From assembly GCA_035221665.1 (NCBI GenBank), contig CM069161.1, positions 2,666,001 through 2,730,000 on the forward strand: a stretch of DNA of 64,000 bases. The letters are read 5' to 3'. The stretch comes from Okamejei kenojei (lineage: Eukaryota). This document shows, one piece after another, positions 49,573 through 61,228 of the stretch (its first letter is position 1; each line of letters starts with the position of its first letter). The position numbers and the translations under genes were made by a program. The notes below the pieces were generated by a model. It was not told where the DNA came from. It searched no databases and saw only the letters and a list, made by a program, of their open reading frames with translations.

Positions 49573-49920
49573 ATATTGGATCCTGGCAGAATCTTTCTCT
49601 TGTAAATGGAAGGCTGGGGAGTGACTTGAAAGAGGTTGCAAAGTTAAGGAAACGTTTATTAAAGTAGAAATTAAAATGTCTGCACTTGAAGCTGAGACCA
49701 TAACTAGAGTTCATGGTTGTAAGACAGTTACACATGAATCTGAAAGAAAATTCAGGAGAAACTAATTTACTGAGATAGTGGGTGGAATGTAAAAGTCGCT
49801 ATCACAGAAAATTATTGAAGTAAATAGCAAGGATGTATTTAAGGACAATCTATGTAGAACATAGAACATGAACAAGCCCTTTGGCCACAATGTCTGCACT
49901 CAACATAATGCCAACAACAT

Positions 49921-52900
49921 CATAGAAACATAGAAACATAGAAATTAGGTGCAAGAGTAGGCCATTCAGCCCTTCGAGCCTGCACCGCCATTCAACATGA
50001 TCATGGCTGATCATCCAACTCAGTATCCCGTACCTGCCTTCTCTCCATACCCTCTGATCCCTTAGCCACAAGGGCCACATCCAACTCACTCTTAAATATA
50101 GCCAATGAACTGGCCTCAACTACCCTCTGTGGCAGAGAGTTCCAGAGACTCACCATTCTCTGTGTGAAAAAAGTCTTTTCTCATCTCGGTCTTAAAGGAT
50201 TTCCCCCTTATCCTTAAGCTGTGACCCCTTGTCCTGGACTTCCCCAACATCGGGAACAATCTTCCTGCATCTAGCCTGTCCAACCCCTTAAGAATTTTGT
50301 AAGTTTCTATAAGATCCCCTCTCAATTCTCCTAAATTCCAGAGAGTATAAACCGAGTCTATCCAGTCTTTCTTCATAAGACAGTCCTGACATCCCAGGAA
50401 TCAGTCTGGTGAACCTTCTCTGCACTCCCTCTATGGCAATAATGTCCTTCCTCAGATTTGGAGACCAAAACTGTACGCAATACTCCAGGTGTGGTCTCAC
50501 CAAGACCCTGTACAACTGAAGTAGAACCTCCCTGCTCCTGTACTCAAATCCTTTTGCTATGAAAGTTAACATACCATTCGCTTTTTTTTTCACTGCCTGC
50601 TGCACCTGCATGCCTACTTTCAATGACTGGTGTACCATGACACCCAGGTCTCGCTGCATCTCCCCTTTTCCTAATCGGCCACCATTTAAATAATAGTCTG
50701 CTTTCCTGTTTTTTTCCACCAAAGTGGATAAACCTCACATTTATCCACATTATACTGCATCTGCCAAACATTTGCCCACTCACCCAGCCTATCCAAGTCA
50801 CCTTGCAGTCTCCTAGCATCCTCCTCACAGCGAACACTGCCCCCCAGCTTAGTGTCATCCGCAAACTTGGAGATATTGCCTTCAATTCCCTCATCCAGAT
50901 CATTAATATATATTGTAAATAGCTGGGGTCCCAGCACTGAGCCCTGCGGTACCCCACTAGTTACTGCCCTGCCATTGTGAAAAGGACCCGTTTATTCCTA
51001 CTCTTTGCTTCCTGTTTGCCGGCCAGTTCTCTATCCACATCAATACTGAACCCCTAATACCGTATGCTTTAAGTTTGTATACTAATCTCTTATGTGGGAC
51101 CTTGTCGAAAGCCTTCTGGAAGTCCAGATATACCACATCCACTGGTTCTCCCTTATCCAAGCTACTAGTTACAATCCTTGAAAAATTCCACAAGATTCGT
51201 CAGACATGATTTACCTTTTGTAAATCCATGCTGACTTTGTCCAATGATTTCACCACTTTCCAAATGTGCTGCTATCCCATCTTTAATAACTGACTCTAGC
51301 AGTTTCCCCACTACCGATGTTAGACTAACTGTCTGTAATTCCCCGTTTTCTCTCTCCCTCCCTTCTTAAAAAGAGGGGTTACATTTGCTACCCGCCAATC
51401 CTCAGGAACTACTCCAGAATCTAAAGAGTTTTTGAAAGATTATCACTAATGCATCCACTATTTCCTGAGCTACTTCCTTAAGTACTCTGGGATGCAGTTT
51501 ATCTGGCCTGGGGATTTATCGGCCTTTAATCTATTCAATTTACCCAACACCACTTCCCGACTGACCTGGATTTCACTCAATTCCTCCTTTGACCCACAGT
51601 CCCCTGCTATTTCAGGCAGATTCTTTATGTCTTCCTTAGTGAAGACGGAACAAAGTAGTTATTCAATTGGTCCGCCATATCCTTGTTCCCATGATCAACT
51701 CACCTGTTTCTGACTGCAAGGGACCTACATTTGTTTTAACTAACCTCTTTCTCTTCACATATCTATAAAAACTTTTGCAGTCAGTTTTTATGTTCCCTGC
51801 CAGTTTTCTTTCATAATCTATTTTTCCTTTCCTAATTAAGCCCTTTGTCCTCCTCTGCTGGTCTCTGAATTCTCCCAGTCCTCTGGTATGCTGCTTTTTC
51901 TGGCTACTTTGTACGCATCATCCTTTGCTTTGATACTATCCCTGATTTCCCTTGTTATCCACGGATGCACTACCTTCCCCGATTTATTCTTTGGCAAACT
52001 GGGATGAACAATTTTTGTAGTTCATCCATGCAGTCTTTAAATGTCTTCCATTGTATATCCACCGTCAACCCTTTTAGAATTAACTGCCAGTCAATCTTGG
52101 CCAATTCTCGTCTCATACCCTCAAAGTTACCTTTCTTTAAGTTCAGAACCATTGTTTCTGAATTAACAATGTCACTCTCCATCCTAATGAAGAACTCAAC
52201 CATATTATGGTCACTCTTGCCCAAGGGGCACGTACAACAAGACGGCTAATTACCCCTTCCTCATTACTCAAAACCTAGTCTAAAATAGCCTGCTCTCTCG
52301 TTGGTTCCTCTACATGTTGATTTAGATAACTATCCGCATACATTCCAAAAAATCATCTTCCTCAGCACCCCTGCCAATTTGATTAACCCAATCTATATGT
52401 AGATTGAAGTCACCCATTATAACTGTTTTGCCTTTGTCGCACGCATTTCTAATTTCCTGTTTGATACCATCCCCAAACTTCTCTGCTACGTTAGGTGGCC
52501 TGTACACAACACCCACCAGCGTTTTCTGCCCCTTAGTGTTTTTAGCTCTACCCATACCGATTCCACATCCTCCAAGCTAATGTCCTTCCTTTCCATTGCG
52601 TTAATCTCCTCTCTAACCAGCAACGCTACCCCACCTCCTTTTCCTTTCTCTCTATCCCTCCTGAATATTGAATATCCCTGGATGTTCAGCTCCCAGCCTA
52701 CGTCACCCTGGAGCCATGTCTCCGTGATCCCAACTATATCATAATCATTAATATCTATCTGCACGTTCAACTCGTCCACCTTATTACGAATACTCCTTGC
52801 ATTGAGACACAAAGCCTTCAGGCTTGTCTTTACAACGCACTTACCCCTTATACAATTTTGCTGAAAAGTGGCCCTTTTTGATTTTTGCCCTGGTTTTGTC

Positions 52901-53097
52901 TGCCTGCCACTTTTACTTTTCACCTTGCTACCTAATGCTTCTACCCTCATTTTACACCCTCCTGCCTCTCTGCTCTTGTACCCATTCCCCCTGCCACATT
53001 AGTTTAAAATCCTCCCCGACAGCACTAGCAAACACTCCCCCAAAGACATTGGTTCCATTCCATTCCAGGTGCAAACCGTCCTGTTTGTACCGGTCCC
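49921..53097 (-). mobile_element. Young CR1 LINE: ORF1 esterase C-terminus, ORF2 (APE endonuclease and RT), 3' tail
   Basis: KQDGLHL (SGNH-like ORF1), CLNARSIRNK..VGITETWL, IMGDFN and GKSDHN (APE), [27 protein letters not shown] and [10 protein letters not shown] (RT), (CATAGAAA)n tail. Multiple frameshifts. Confidence 0.95.
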
Positions 53098-54588
53098 ACA
53101 AACAATCACTTGTCCACCTGCCCATAACCCATATCCCTCCATAAGATAAGAAAGAAAAGATGGAAGAATTATTTTGATGAGGAGAAACATTGCAAGGTCC
53201 TGAGTCAAATAGTCTCATCCTCATACCAAGTGTTACCAATTGTATTTTATGGCTGTTTGCGACATGATTGTTGTTAAACACCACTAAATTCTCAGTTCTG
53301 TACAAACTGTTGTTCAAATACATAAAAGATGCCTTTGAAAATGCATTTGTTTACAGTATTTGAAATGAATTTATACACAGGCCAAATACAATTATTAAAC
53401 AATTATTCATTCATTTATATGACCTTTCACAGATACCAAATAACATGCATTACATACAAATAAAAATATTATACAGAAATATATTAGTCCCACACAGCAG
53501 TGCCTTGCAAATAACGACTCAATGATTTGAAAATCCGATTCTTACTGTCCTTGAGACCAAGCAAGGAATCCTGACCATTGCACCAAAATTCCATTGACTA
53601 TAATATTTACTTGAAAGGGCATATGGGGTTTCCGTTTAAATGTAGTGCCAGTTTAGATTATGTATTTAAGCCTAGAATGGAGTCTGAACTTATAACCTAT
53701 GAGTCAGGAACCAGAGTGTTACCAGCTGAGTGTTTAAATATATATTTTTTTGGTTGTTATATTGTTCTAAAACATCTTTACATCTATCCCTTATGAAACA
53801 GGTACATGTATAGATTGGTGAGATTTATTTTCTAGCTTTTGAAAGGAAATGATTAAAGATGTTTTAAATGTATCAGGGGTGACGGGGTTATGGGGAGAAG
53901 GCAGGAGAATGAGGTTGAGGAGGAAAGATAGATCAGCCATGATTGAATGGCGGAGTAGACTTTGAATGGCCCAATTCTACTCCTAGAACCTATGAACCTA
54001 TTTCTTTACAGACTTTGAAATTAAGAATCTGTTGCAAGCTTAATCATTCCCAACCCTCATCACCGTCTCATCCTCAGCTAGTTTCAACATTATTTTGGGA
54101 CTCTTTGAATTTCTTTACATCCTTACATATCTCAGAGTTCACATGAATTAATACATTTGAGTGAGCATGGATGAGTACTCAATGTGTGCTAGACTGTGGG
54201 TACTTGTTATTACCAGACAATGCTGTCTCTTCATTCTTCTGTTGTAATATACTGCCTCCGAATTACCATCAGTGCTATTAATGTGTCATTCCATTGTTCA
54301 ATTTTAACATAAATGCAATGCATTTATCTTAAAGGGGTTAAGGTTGATGTTAAAATATTCAATAAATAAAGGTTACACAAATGTTGGTTTATTCAAATTG
54401 CTGAAAATGTTCAAGGCTGCATCTCAAAATGAGTCCTTGAATTACACAGATTTTTAAAAAGCTATCATTGCCCAAGTTATCAGATCAGAAAACCATTACC
54501 CACATTATCTGAACTTTGTGCCTATTTTATCTTTGGCTTTTGAAGCATTTGATTATACATGCTTTGTTATGTTTTTGAGACGGGGACG

Positions 54589-54878
54589 TTTTAGGTGTAG
54601 AGATACAACACGGAAACAGGCCCTTCAGCCCACCAAGTCCGCACTGACCAGCGATCCCCGCACATTAACACGCATTAGGGACAATTTTATACCAAGCTAG
54701 TTAACCTACAAACCTGTACGTCTTTGAAGTGTGCAAGAAAACTGAAGATCTCGGAGAAAACCCACGCTCACGGGGAGAACATCCAAACTCTGTACAGACA
54801 GCACCCGTAGTCGGGATCGAACCCAGGTCTCCGGAGCTGCAAGCGCTGTAAGGCAGCAACTCTACCGCTGTGCCACCC
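54589..54878 (-). mobile_element. tRNA SINE (HE1/V-SINE-like)
   Basis: Reverse-complement copy with B-box GGTTCGATCCC. Confidence 0.85.
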
Positions 54879-54989
54879 AAGTTGTTTTGCTTCCAAGGGT
54901 CGATTGGTGGCAACCTTCATTTTGGGTAAAGGCTCTGGTGAGGGTGTTGCCTTTTGGCTGACTTTAAAGAGAGGCTTTGTCTGAGGTAG

Positions 54990-55790
54990 ACAAGACCACT
55001 CTACATGGCTTTTCTCGACCTCACTCAATCCCTTGACTCCATCAACAGGGAAGAATTGTGGAACCTCGTCCTCGAATTCGGTTACTCGTAGAAATTCATT
55101 TCCTTCTAAACATTTGCATCATGTTGGCATGCCGGTCACAATTACATCCCCAACAGAGCTGATCTTCAGTGAAGGTCAGTGTCAAACAGGGCTGTGTTAT
55201 TGCCTGACACTATTTTTAATCTTTTTTGTTGCAAAGCTACGCTTCGCCTCCAATAGACTTCCTGTGGGAATTGAATTAATTTTGAGAACTAATGTGAAAC
55301 TTCAACCTACTGCAACTACACTCCAGAACCAAGGTCACCTGAATCTCAGTAGTAAAGCACTGAATGCCAACCCATTGCCAGTTTATTCACCTAGTATACG
55401 AGAGTATGGCCTTTACCGTCAACATCTGCAGGACAAATGTCTTTAACAATGTACCTCTGCTGTACAACACCACCATTAATAAAGCATTACAGAGAAACAC
55501 CCTCCCAAGTGAAGCCTCTTTGAAAATATGCAGTATCCCCACTAACTCCTGGGAAACCTCAGGCCGCTCAAAATGTAGAATATTGTGGATGGTATTAAGA
55601 ACCCGGCGTCCATGCATTGAATGCACAGAAATCATGCATGAATTGCCTGTAGGAATGCATCACTCATCCCATTTATAACAAAATCTGCTCTTCCCATTTA
55701 CCTTCATTGACCGCACCAGAAGCCATTGTACTGGATAGAAGATACCAAAGGAACACTTAAAGCAGAAACTCTGGTGGTTGAAGGGTGACA
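54990..55790 (+). mobile_element. Decayed RTE/BovB-like RT fragment
   Basis: Frameshifted FLDLTQSLDSINREELWNLVLEFG and VKQGCVIA.TLF blocks. Confidence 0.7.
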
Positions 55791-56199
55791 CTGGCTTTGA
55801 GATTGCTGACTGATTAAAGAGAGAGTCGAAAACTAGCACGTTGTTAAGTTGCAGAGAAGGCTGAGGGTTGGAGAGAACAAAAGGGATGTCTGCAGTTGGG
55901 TGGAGACAAAGAGACACAGTGATACAAATGATGGGGAACCTGCTGGGAGAGGGAGGGGATGGTTTAGTAGCAATAGTTGAAGTGTCTGGAAGAGGCGTAA
56001 ACAGGAAGGATTCGATGGAAACGTGGAGATGGAGAAAGAAAACAACCCTGAGAATTAAACTGCTGCTCTTTCAATTCTAAAGAGAGTAAATAAAAGCAAA
56101 TTCAGAGTTTACACCTTATTATGTGCTGGGTCAGGACAGGCACACGTTGACCCATTTGCCCAGCTGCCTTGGGTTTAGAAAAATACTTGTTTACAAGTT

Positions 56200-56465
56200 A
56201 CGTATTGCCTTATATAAGCCCAGCGCATCCCAAAGCACTTTAAAACATAAGGTGTAATTTCAAACTTTAGCTGGTGATGTAATGTAGGAATAATGAAAAA
56301 GGAAAGGTCAGTTGTATTGAGCAAAGTCCCACAAAGCCCATTGACCAGAACATCTATCCTATGATGTTGATTGAGGGATATACAGTTTATTGGCTAAAAC
56401 ACTGAACAAAATTCTCCTGCTTTGAAACAGCATCTTGGGATCATTTGCAATTATATCTGAGGCAT
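56200..56465 (-). mobile_element. SacSINE1/Deu-like SINE relic
   Basis: CATCCCAAAGCACTTT...GATGTTGATTGAGGGATA...TTCTCCTGCT...GGGATC pattern. Confidence 0.55.
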
Positions 56466-56497
56466 TGGTTCTAGAGGTGACTGAGCTCTTGATTTTT

Positions 56498-56684
56498 AGA
56501 AACATAGAAACATAGAAAATAGGTGCAGGAGTAGGCCATGCGGCCCTTCGAGCCTGCACTGCCATTCAATATGATCATGGCTGATCATCCAACTCAGTAT
56601 CCCACACCTGCCTTCTCTCCAGGTACGGGATACTGAGTTGGATGATCAGCCATGATCATATTGAATGGTGGTGCAGGCTCGAAG
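56498..56684 (-). mobile_element. CR1 3' tail with internal inverted duplication
   Basis: (CATAGAAA)n tail. 56546-56609 and 56621-56684 are reverse complements. Confidence 0.85.
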
Positions 56685-56705
56685 TTCCAGGGCAAAAGCT
56701 ATAGG

Positions 56706-56843
56706 CTTTAACTAGTCTGAAGAAGGGTTTCGGCCCGAAACATTGCCTATCTCCTTCGCTCGATAGATGCTGCTGCACCCGCTGAGTTTCTCCAGCATTT
56801 TGTGTACCCTCGATTTTCCAGCATCTGCAGTTCCTTCTTTAAC
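56706..56843 (+). mobile_element. Solo pLTR/hammerhead unit
   Basis: AGTCTGAAGAAGGGTTTCGGCCCGAAACATT. TSD AGCTATAGG at 56697-56705 and 56844-56852. Confidence 0.82.
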
Positions 56844-57114
56844 AGCTATAGGATAATATTGAAGGTGGATGATCACAGAGACAGTGGGTTTGTGGTTTAG
56901 TCCAGGGTCAGTGGCAAGCTGTTTGTGAGGTTCTACTACTACTGCTATCATATTTTTCTAAGGATGTCTTAATGTATTTTTTAGTCTCAAGTTCTGTGCA
57001 AGGAGTCTTATGAAAATGTTTGCTTTGAAGACCCTACATTTTACCCACAAACTTGTAATTTAATCCAGTGGGCCGCGATATCGCAATGCAAAAAACAAAC
57101 TGCTGGAAGAACTT

Positions 57115-57521
57115 TCAGGGACCCAAGCAGTCCTTCCAGGTCCGACAGAGGTTCACCTGCACCTCCTCCAACCTCATCTACTGCATCCGCTGCTCCAGAT
57201 GCCAGATGATCTATATCGGTGAGACCAAGCGGAGGCTTGGCGATCGCTTTGCCGAACACCTCCGCTCGGTCCGCAATAACCAACCCGACCTCCCGGTGGC
57301 TCAGCACTTCAACTCTCCCTCCCATTCCGCATCCGACCTCTCGGTCCTGGGCCTCCTCCACGGCCAGAGTGAGCAACACCGCAAGCTGGAGGAACAGCAC
57401 CTCATATTCTGCTTGGGGAGTCTGCATCCTTTGGGCTTGAACATTGAATTTTCTCAATTCTGTTAACCCTTGCTGTCTCCTCCCCTTCCCACCTCTCCCT
57501 CAGCCCTCAGGCCCTGGCATT

Positions 57522-57552
<31 letters not shown>

Positions 57553-57813
57553 ATCTCCCTCCCCCACCCCAGTCGCACCAGCTTCTCATTTTCACACCAC
57601 AAACAGCTTACAATGGCTTGTTCCCTTTATCATCGATACTTTTTTGCATATCTTTCATTCATTGTTCCTTATCTCTCCACATCACCGTCTATATCTCTCG
57701 TTTCCCTGATCCCTGACCAGTCTGAAGAAGGGTCTCGACCCGAAACGTCGCCTATCTCCTTCACTCCTTAGATGCTGCTGCACCCGCTGAGTTTCTCCAG
57801 CTTTTTGTGTACC
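57115..57813 (+). mobile_element. Young 5'-truncated Penelope element (open GIY-YIG domain plus pLTR hammerhead)
   Basis: ORF with FTCTSSNLIYCIRCSRCQMIYIGETKRRLGDRFAEHLRSV...RKLEEQHLIFCLGSLHPLGLN. 15-bp TSD CTGCTGGAAGAACTT at 57100-57114 and 57814-57828. Near-identical to 7470-8150. Confidence 0.93.
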
Positions 57814-58110
57814 CTGCTGGAAGAACTTAGTGAGTCGGATTTCGGGTCATGACCCTGCATCTGGACAAAGTCCTCAGTCCTGATGCACAGTTATAACCTG
57901 AAATGTTGACTGCCTTCTCAGATGCTGCTTAACCTGCTGAGCTCCTCCAGCAGTTCATTTTTGCTCCAGATTCCAGCATCTGCAGCCTCTTATGTCTCTA
58001 TTGTAAACAATTACTTGGATCCAGCACTCTATTTGCTTCTGACTATCCACAAAACCAATTGTTTGTCAAGTCTTTGATCAGAATGGCCTGATCTCAATCT
58101 CATAAGGTAC

Positions 58111-58525
58111 CTGTGTTGGAAGAAACTGCAGATGCTGGTTTAAACCGATGATAGACACAAATAACTGGAGTAGCTCAGCGGGGCAGACAGCATCTCTGGA
58201 GAGAACGAATGGGTGACGTTTCGGGTCGAGACCCTTCTTCAGACTAATCAGGGGAAAGGGAAATGAGAGATATAGACGATGATGTAGAGAGATAAAAAAT
58301 AATGAATGAAAGACATGCAAAAGGTTAACGATGATAAAGGAAACAGGCCATTGCTAGCTGTTTGTTGGGTGAAAACGAGAAGCTGGTGCGACTTGGGTGG
58401 GGGTGGGATGGAGAGAGAGGGAATGCTGAGGTTACTTGAAGTTAGAGAAATTAATATTCATACCACTGGGCTGTAAGCTGCCCAAGCGAAATATGAGATG
58501 CTGCTCCTCCAATTTACGTTTAAGA
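58111..58525 (-). mobile_element. Penelope 3' fragment with pLTR
   Basis: Reverse complement of the pLTR and hammerhead and of the GIY-YIG C-terminus. Confidence 0.88.
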
Positions 58526-58569
58526 CTCCTGACACTTCTGGCAAATGCAGGAGGGGTTGGTGCACTCTA

Positions 58570-59172
58570 TGGTTTATAGTTTATTGGTTTATTATCGTAT
58601 TGTGTACCGGAATACTGTGATAAACTTGGTTTTGCTTGCTATCCAGTCAAATCATACCCGACATGATTACTAATTACAAGTACAACAGGTAGTGCAAAGA
58701 GAAAGGTAATAAGAGTGTAGAATACATTGCCGCAACGTTACACCGTTAGAGCTCCAGAGAAAGTGCAGATAAAAAAGTGCAAGGGCCATAATGAGGTAGG
58801 TAGGTTGGGAGTTCAGGACTATTCCTCAGCTGATAAGAGGACTGTTCAGTAGTCTGATAATACCGATGCAAAATCTGGTGGGACGTGCTTTCCAACATGT
58901 GTATCATTTCTAGAGGGGAGAAGATGAGTGACTGGTGTGTAAGTAGTCCTGGATTATATTGGCTGCTTTTCCAAGGCAGTATGGGGTGTAGATAGAGTTG
59001 ATGAGGGAGTTAGGGGGGAGGGGGTGATGGTAGAAGCTGGCCTGTGTGGTGGACTGGGCTACATCCACAACTCTTTGCAATTTCTTGTGGTCTTGGGCAG
59101 AGTAGTTGCCACTCGAGCCATGATGCTTTCTATGGTGCATTGCAGAAATTGGTAAGGGCCTTTGGAGACATG
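58570..59172 (-). mobile_element. Rex1/Babar 3' fragment (decayed)
   Basis: GNYSAQDHKKLQRVVDVAQS...SIYTPYCLGKAANIIQDYLH peptide and tail. Confidence 0.8.
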
Positions 59173-60341
59173 GTGATAATTAAATACAACAGCAAATGCA
59201 ACCAGTGTGAAAACTGCAAACATTCTACTCCCTCATGGATTGCATTTATTTTACATGCTCTGATTTAATGCATTATTTATGACATTGCAGAGTTGCAAAA
59301 TCACTCGAAGCCTCATCTTTTAGCAAGCTTTTTTCGTGCGATCCCCGTGGAGTGGGCTAATTCATTATCTGATGATAGAAAGCAATTGATAATCCTGAAC
59401 AGTATAACTGAATGTGCTGTCACAAATATGTAGAATAAACTTTGCAGAGGCAAAAAAAGGGAGTCGAGAAAAATGCAGAGCCAAAGAAGCCAAATACTCG
59501 GGAGATTAAAGCTGCTAAACGTGTGAAAGTAACACTTTTGTTCTGTCCTTGTCCACTGAGGCGAAGTTGGCCAAATCCTGAGCTGAACTAGGTCATATTT
59601 GCTGAATAAAAAGACGTAGGAACACAAAATTATCACAAGTTAAAAATGTTGTTGAGCTACGCCAGCCAGAGTAGGAGGAAAAAATGTCAGGAAAAATACA
59701 AAAGCAGTAAAGTATCCCGGTTAATCCCAAGTCAATTACCTTACATTTTTGTTTCATTAAAAAATGTTACAAACAATAAAAATATAATATTACCAATAGG
59801 CAGGTGTGCGATAAAATAAATAAAATAGTTTAAATTAAAAAAATGTCAACTATTTATGTCTTTTTAAAACAGAAATATGTACAAAATAACATGTTAAACT
59901 CAAGAAAATAATTTGGGAGAAATAACTTGGATCGGTGTGATTTAACCACCCTAGGCGTGGTCCCAGTCCAACACTAGTTTTCAATCGTTACTCCATGGGT
60001 GGCGTGTTTACATCTGGGCCAGAGGTCGTTGGCTTCCAACTTCAGCCTTGGCAAAGATACAAATTCAATATCCAGACCATCAGCAAGACCATTCATCTTG
60101 AACCAAGTCCTTATCTCACCAATTACGCTCAATTTCCAGGCTCATGCCTGACTGCAGTGTTGATGGGGTACTGTGTAGGCACTGCCTGACTTACGTAATG
60201 GGCGACTTACATAAGCTCGCACCTACGTAAGGAATTCTTTAAGCCTACTTCTTTATTTCCGTGTTGTGTGTCTTGGTAGTCTCGGTAGCAGTGTGCTACT
60301 GAGCAAGCGGCTGTTTCTGCAATCCAGTCAGCTGTTTCAGT

Positions 60342-60557
60342 GGATGCTCCCACATGGTCTCCGCGTCAGAGCTCACTCACGGTCTCCACGTTGGAGCTTC
60401 CCACATGGTCTCAGCGTTGGAGCACCCCATGTGGTCTGCACATCAGAGCTCCCACATGGTCTTTTCATCAGAGCTCTTATTGGAGCTCCCGCATGGTCTC
60501 CACGTCGGAGCTCCCCATCTGGTCTCCGCGTTGGAGTTCCCATGTGGTCTCCACGTT
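60342..60557. repeat. ~25-bp minisatellite (GGAGCTCCCACATGGTCTCCRCGTT), about 8.5 copies
   Basis: Directly visible diverged tandem units with no spacers. Confidence 0.9.
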
Positions 60558-60931
60558 GAATAGTAAAGTTACGCATGCGCAGTAGCACTTTCCTTTCCGA
60601 CTTACGTGACGTCTTGGTGTGCCCTTTTATCAAAGAATCCCAGGGAAGAAGGCAGTAAATAGTAATGGAGCAGCATTCAGGATCCCATTTTTTTTTCAAT
60701 TATAAATTTGATTCAAAATATGTATACAAGGAATACAATTAGGAAATGTTTACCTCTATTCAAAAGGGGTATAAAAAGAGGTGAGTTGTGAAAATAGAAA
60801 AGGGAGAATGGATCAAATAAAGTGAGATAATATCACACACAGATGGATGACTGATGCAGAGAGAAATTAAGCTGTTTGAAGTTGATGAATTGGAGATTTG
60901 AGTCTGTAAGGCTGCATCATGTCCAGACTGA

Positions 60932-61228
60932 AGGGCCTGCCCCACTGTACGAGGTATTTCAAGAGTTCTCCCGAGTTTCCCCGATTCGAACTCGGAGAAT
61001 TACGGTAATAGCCGCTCGTAGGTACTCGGAGACACTCGCGGACACTCTCCGCACTGTTGAAAAAACTTCACGCACTTACCGCGTTTCATGCGTACCTGCC
61101 GTTAGCGTTATGAGCCGCTACGTGACATCCACGAGCTCCGACGTACCCGCTACGTACATTACACGAGCTTGAATCAGGGGAGAACTCGGGAGAACTCTTG
61201 AATTACCTCGTACAGTGGGACAGGCCCT
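60932..61228. mobile_element. PIF/Harbinger-like MITE
   Basis: TIRs AGGGCCTGCCCCACTGTACGAGGTATTTCAAGAGTTCTCCCGAG and CTCGGGAGAACTCTTGAATTACCTCGTACAGTGGGACAGGCCCT, flanked by TGA and TTA. Confidence 0.88.

Noticed and set aside
60266-60699. Overlapping repetitive ORFs or CRISPR-like array
   Set aside because: These come from the 25-bp minisatellite, which has no spacers.
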